From NCBI GenBank assembly GCA_965216875.1, contig OZ244207.1:3648001-3712000 (forward strand): a stretch of 64,000 nt of DNA, read 5' to 3'. This document shows, in pieces, positions 60,606 through 64,000 of the stretch. The notes below the pieces were generated by a model, which was not told the DNA's origin, did not search any database, and saw nothing but the letters and a program-made list of their open reading frames with translations. Positions within the stretch are counted from its first letter, which is position 1. Each line of letters starts with the position of its first letter. Both the position numbers and the translations under genes were made by a program. The stretch is from Rubripirellula sp. GTDB taxonomy: Bacteria; Planctomycetota; Planctomycetia; Pirellulales; Pirellulaceae.

Positions 60606-60651
60606 TCAATGACAAATGTACGTGCAAATCTATGCGTACATTTGTCATTGA
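60606..60651. promoter_or_regulatory. Double BlaI-type operator (perfect 17-bp inverted repeat)
   Basis: TCAATGACAAATGTACG-N12-CGTACATTTGTCATTGA. Each arm contains a TACA-NN-TGTA-like box (GACAAATGTA, TACATTTGTC). Confidence 0.8.
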
Positions 60652-60726
60652 GTCAATCCCGCTTTTTCTCGGGTGTCGCCCAGATCTGTGCAAAGTCGTC
60701 CGAGGGAAATGGCCCCGCCAGAATCA

Positions 60727-60788
60727 ATGTGCAGATTTTTCTGCATATTTTGATTGACGACGGGGATCATGTGCAGTAAAAACTGCAC
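60727..60788. promoter_or_regulatory. Two palindromic operators (TGCAG-N6-CTGCA) flanking a TTGACG -35 box
   Basis: ATGTGCAGATTTTTCTGCATAT (60727-60748) and GTGCAGTAAAAACTGCAC (60771-60788), with TTGACG at 60754-60759. Confidence 0.72.
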
Positions 60789-60831
60789 TTATGGCTTTGA
60801 AGAAGCGAGCCGACGCAGCAGCGGGTATTCA

Positions 60832-61209
60832 ATGACGCAACGACTAACGCCAGCCGAACTCGAAGTGATGCGTGTGCTCTGGGATCGGGGTGAATTGAAG
60901 CCCGCCGAGATCCAGCGTCACTTTCGACGCGAAATCAAGAATCCCGCACTGAGGTCGATCTTGGGGATCTTGGTCGACAAGGGGCACGTGCTTCGACGCA
61001 AAGAAGGCAAAGCCTTTTTCTACAAAGCCAAAACGCGGCGTCACTCCGTGCTTCGCTCGACGCTACGCGAAGCGGCTGACATTTTTTGCAAAGGCTCCTC
61101 CGAGTCTCTGCTGATGCACCTGATCAAGTCGCAAAAGCTCAGTGAAGAAGAACTGATCGAGCTGAAGCGACTTGCTGACCAATCCGATTCAAGTCGAAAC
61201 TCAAAGTGA
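60832..61209 (+). CDS. BlaI/MecI/CopY family transcriptional repressor (second)
   Basis: LTPAELEVMRVLW, LRSILGILVDKGHV.R.KEGKAFFY and LSEEELIELK. Start set at ATG 60832. Confidence 0.9.
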   Translation: MTQRLTPAELEVMRVLWDRGELKPAEIQRHFRREIKNPALRSILGILVDKGHVLRRKEGKAFFYKAKTRRHSVLRSTLREAADIFCKGSSESLLMHLIKSQKLSEEELIELKRLADQSDSSRNSK

Positions 61210-61219
61210 GGGTTTGGAG

Positions 61220-63265
61220 ATGGAGACGGCATTGCAGTGGTTTGACATGTCGAATATGTCCGTTGGCGCAGTGGTGTTGACCAAAGCCACGTTCGTGTTG
61301 TTGCTGCTCTGGGTTTGCCATGCGTTGCTTGGCCAAGCAAACCCGCGTTGGCGACGGCTGGTTTGGCGATCGGGCGTGGTGGCCTTGGCCGTGACTGGAC
61401 TGCTGCACCTCGCCGCACCAACGATGGGTGTCAATGCGTCGGTGGTCGTGCAAGCCATTGCGCCGATTGAAACGCCGCTTGGAGGGCCGGCAGCAAGCGA
61501 GGTTTCGAACGCGTCTGTGGATTTGCCGGTTGTCGTCCCGGCTACGATTGCGAGCGAATCCGAAAAAGAGATGCACTCCGTTTCACCCTCCCCACAGGCA
61601 TTCGATCGCGCGTCCGCGATTCGGTTCGCCTACTTGTGTGGGCTGCTATGGGGTGTACTTCGGCTCGCCTCTGGGCAAATCCATATCACACAACTTTTAC
61701 GCCGGTCGCTGGCGGCACCAGGTGCAATCACAGAGTCGTTTGAAGCGACAGCTCGAGAGATGGCAGTAGCTCGATGTCGGATTCGAGTGAGTGAGGAAGT
61801 GGCAACGCCAACCCTGTGTGGCGTGTTTCATCCCACGCTGTTGGTTCCTACTTCGCTTCTCGATCCTGGGCAAACCGATCGTTGGAAATCAGTCTTTTCA
61901 CATGAGCTATCCCATGTGCGAAGCAACGACTTGCGATGGAATCATGCGATGCATTGGTTGGGATGCTTGCTTTGGTTTCACCCATTGGCTTGGCGGATTC
62001 GATCAGCCCACGCCGATGCGTGTGAGTTGGCGAGCGATGCGGATGCGGCGGACCAAGTCGGATGCGTCGACACCTACTCTGGCGTCTTAGCAAGAATCGC
62101 GGTCGAGGCGTCGACATCGCCTGAGTTCGCGATGGGCATGGCTCGCACGCCCGACGTCACGCGTCGCATCAAGGCTCTGAAGAAACAGGTTCACTCCGCT
62201 GAGGTTTCCCCACGACGAAAAGCGATCTTATTCGTTTTGGCGGTTGCCGTTTCGGTGCTCACGGGCGTTTCCAAGTTTGCCGTCGCGGCACCACAAGTCC
62301 ACTCCAAGGAGGATGTTGCCGCGGACGCAACAGCGATCGATGCCCAAACCACCGCGGCACTGCACAAAGCGTTCACCTTCCTTGCTTCACGCCAGCGCGC
62401 CGATGGAGCCTTTGGAAGCGACGACCGCGCGGCCGAACGTCTCGCGATCACGGCTCTCTGCGGAACGGCTCTCTTGGATGCCGGCAACAAACCTGGCGAA
62501 GGGCCATTCGGAGATCAATTGCAAGCGTGTGTCGACTTCGTCACCTCGCACGTTCAGGACGACGGGTTGATTTCGGAAAAGCGGCAAGGAGCGTTGATGT
62601 ACATTCACGCCTACTCGCTTCAATTCCTTGCTCGTTGTCAAATCGCAGCTCCAGACGCACAGCGCGGCGTCGCGATCGAGAATGCGGTCAAACTGGTTGT
62701 GGACAGTCAAAACCGACAAGATGGTTGGCGCTACATCCCGACCTCCCAAGACGCTGACAGCTCGGTCACTTCATGCCAGCTCGTCGCGTTGTTACTTGCT
62801 CGCAAAGCGGGCGCGAACGTGCCGGACGAAACGATTCGACGTGGTATCGACTATCTCGTGCGATGCCAACGCGATGATGGCGGGTTCAACTACATCGCCT
62901 CCTTTGCGGGACAAGCTGGAAAAGGCCAAGCTGCTTTGCCTCGCTCGGCTGCCGCAGCCGCGGTGCTCTGTTTGGCCGAACACAGTGGCCACGTCAAAGA
63001 CCAAGCTTGCAAGTTTGTTGCCGAACATGCGAGCCGAATCGAACCAGCTGGCCCCCACCATGGCTATGCCGTTCACTACCTTGCCGTAGCGATGCCAAGG
63101 ATGGACCGTAGCGACTTTGATCGTTGGTACAACGCAACTCGCAAGGAGCTGTTGCAACGGCAGGGCGCCGATGGCCAATGGAGCGATGCTGCGTTGGGTA
63201 CCGACTATGGCACGGCGATCGCCTGCATCGCACTCCTGTCGCCTCAGCATTTGCCCAGCAAGTAG
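61220..63265 (+). CDS. M56 metallopeptidase fused to a prenyltransferase/squalene-cyclase repeat domain
   Basis: TM helices, SHELSHVRSND, LWFHPLAW and CELASD, then FLASRQRADGAF, SQNRQDGWRY, CQRDDGGFNY and RQGADGQW. Start set at ATG 61220 with a GGAG RBS. Confidence 0.87.
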   Translation: METALQWFDMSNMSVGAVVLTKATFVLLLLWVCHALLGQANPRWRRLVWRSGVVALAVTGLLHLAAPTMGVNASVVVQAIAPIETPLGGPAASEVSNASVDLPVVVPATIASESEKEMHSVSPSPQAFDRASAIRFAYLCGLLWGVLRLASGQIHITQLLRRSLAAPGAITESFEATAREMAVARCRIRVSEEVATPTLCGVFHPTLLVPTSLLDPGQTDRWKSVFSHELSHVRSNDLRWNHAMHWLGCLLWFHPLAWRIRSAHADACELASDADAADQVGCVDTYSGVLARIAVEASTSPEFAMGMARTPDVTRRIKALKKQVHSAEVSPRRKAILFVLAVAVSVLTGVSKFAVAAPQVHSKEDVAADATAIDAQTTAALHKAFTFLASRQRADGAFGSDDRAAERLAITALCGTALLDAGNKPGEGPFGDQLQACVDFVTSHVQDDGLISEKRQGALMYIHAYSLQFLARCQIAAPDAQRGVAIENAVKLVVDSQNRQDGWRYIPTSQDADSSVTSCQLVALLLARKAGANVPDETIRRGIDYLVRCQRDDGGFNYIASFAGQAGKGQAALPRSAAAAAVLCLAEHSGHVKDQACKFVAEHASRIEPAGPHHGYAVHYLAVAMPRMDRSDFDRWYNATRKELLQRQGADGQWSDAALGTDYGTAIACIALLSPQHLPSK

Positions 63266-63338
63266 CTTTGCGTTCAAGAGTCGCCTTTCGCTCCGCGAAA
63301 GTTGCATCCACCAAAGCACCGCATCCTCTTCATAGACC

Positions 63339-63450
63339 GTAGCCACCTTCGCCAGAAGGTGGTTTTCAATGGTCGACCATTTTCTGCGATCACCACGCTC
63401 TGGCGAGCGTAGCTACGAAGCGTGGCGAGCTAAAGCCCGGTACTACGAAC
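63339..63450. repeat. REP-like doublet (GTAGCTAC family) plus a half GGTACTAC unit
   Basis: GTAGCCACCTTCGCCAGAAGGTGG...CCACGCTCTGGCGAGCGTAGCTAC, then GCTAAAGCCCGGTACTACGAAC. Confidence 0.8.
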
Positions 63451-63490
63451 GGGTGGTTCACCAATCGATCGCAGCCGCATCATCATTGGG

Positions 63491-64000
63491 CTAGGTCTCG
63501 TCTCGGGCTCGGACAAGCAGGTCAATCCATGGGCCGACATAGTGCCCGTTGTCGTGGAAGGTTCGGCCGCTGACGAGGTTCCGGTCAATCACGCAGGGCT
63601 CGTCGACAAAGATCCCACCGCAGACTTCGAGATCGAATTTGCACTTCGCAACGGTCGCCATTTTGCGACCACGAACGCAGTCGGCATAGGCGGGAATTTC
63701 GACTCCGTGACAGACACTCGCAATCGGCTTGTCGGTTTCGAAAAAGTGCTTGGTAATCCGAACCAGATCCTTGTCATAGCGAATGTATTCGGGCGCGCGG
63801 CCTCCGGAGAACATGATTCCGGCATAGTCGTCTTCGTTGACTTCGCAAAAAGGAACATCGCACTCAATCGTGTAGCCTTCCCACTCTTTTGTGATCGTCC
63901 AGCCCGCTTTCACCTCGTGCAACACCATCTGGTACGTGCGTTTTTCGGGAGCCGTCACGACGGGCTCGAAACCGGCCTCTTGCAGTCGGTAGTAGGGGTA
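63491..64000 (-). CDS. DJ-1/PfpI family protein (5' truncated by window edge)
   Basis: SGGRAPEYIR, nucleophile elbow ASVCHG and IDRNLVSGRT. The frame stays open to the window end (YPYYRLQEAGFEPVV). Confidence 0.9.
   Translation of the reverse strand, partial: YPYYRLQEAGFEPVVTAPEKRTYQMVLHEVKAGWTITKEWEGYTIECDVPFCEVNEDDYAGIMFSGGRAPEYIRYDKDLVRITKHFFETDKPIASVCHGVEIPAYADCVRGRKMATVAKCKFDLEVCGGIFVDEPCVIDRNLVSGRTFHDNGHYVGPWIDLLVRARDET

Noticed and set aside
1..64000. Alternative genetic code (TGA = Trp/Gly)
   Set aside because: Many genes end in TGA at their expected C-termini (for example tig and the ATGA overlaps), and Trp is encoded by TGG.

Overview
A GC-rich, gene-dense chromosomal window that looks like a planctomycete (Pirellulaceae-like). 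That assignment is inferred from a DUF1559 prepilin-like gene, the many MoxR/DUF58/BatA, prenyltransferase-repeat, BlaI/M56 and TPR genes, and the repeat types. Housekeeping genes include tgt, tig, rpmJ (missed by the ORF track), hemW, larC, ubiE, ubiX, dinB, a FabH-like gene, tRNA-Thr(CGT) and tRNA-Gly(GCC). The window also holds a ~17 kb minus-strand MoxR-DUF58-BatA-vWA operon ending in a thioredoxin-like gene, a second MoxR-DUF58 pair, a di-heme peroxidase/beta-propeller pair, two TPR genes, a TetR/MBL-hydrolase divergon and two back-to-back BlaI-M56 units with visible operators. Several families of REP-like palindromes fill the intergenic spaces. The most notable signal is in the MoxR operon. 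The two ORFs at 10656-13349 and 10041-10631 are one reading frame interrupted by a single in-frame TGA. That TGA sits in a U-P-G-C (UxxC) motif and is followed 14 nt later by a hairpin closely resembling the E. coli fdhF SECIS. This suggests a ~1100-aa membrane-anchored selenoprotein, co-transcribed with an exported TlpA-like thiol-disulfide oxidoreductase. No integrase, transposase, CRISPR array or rRNA was seen. All product calls come from motif recognition without database searches.
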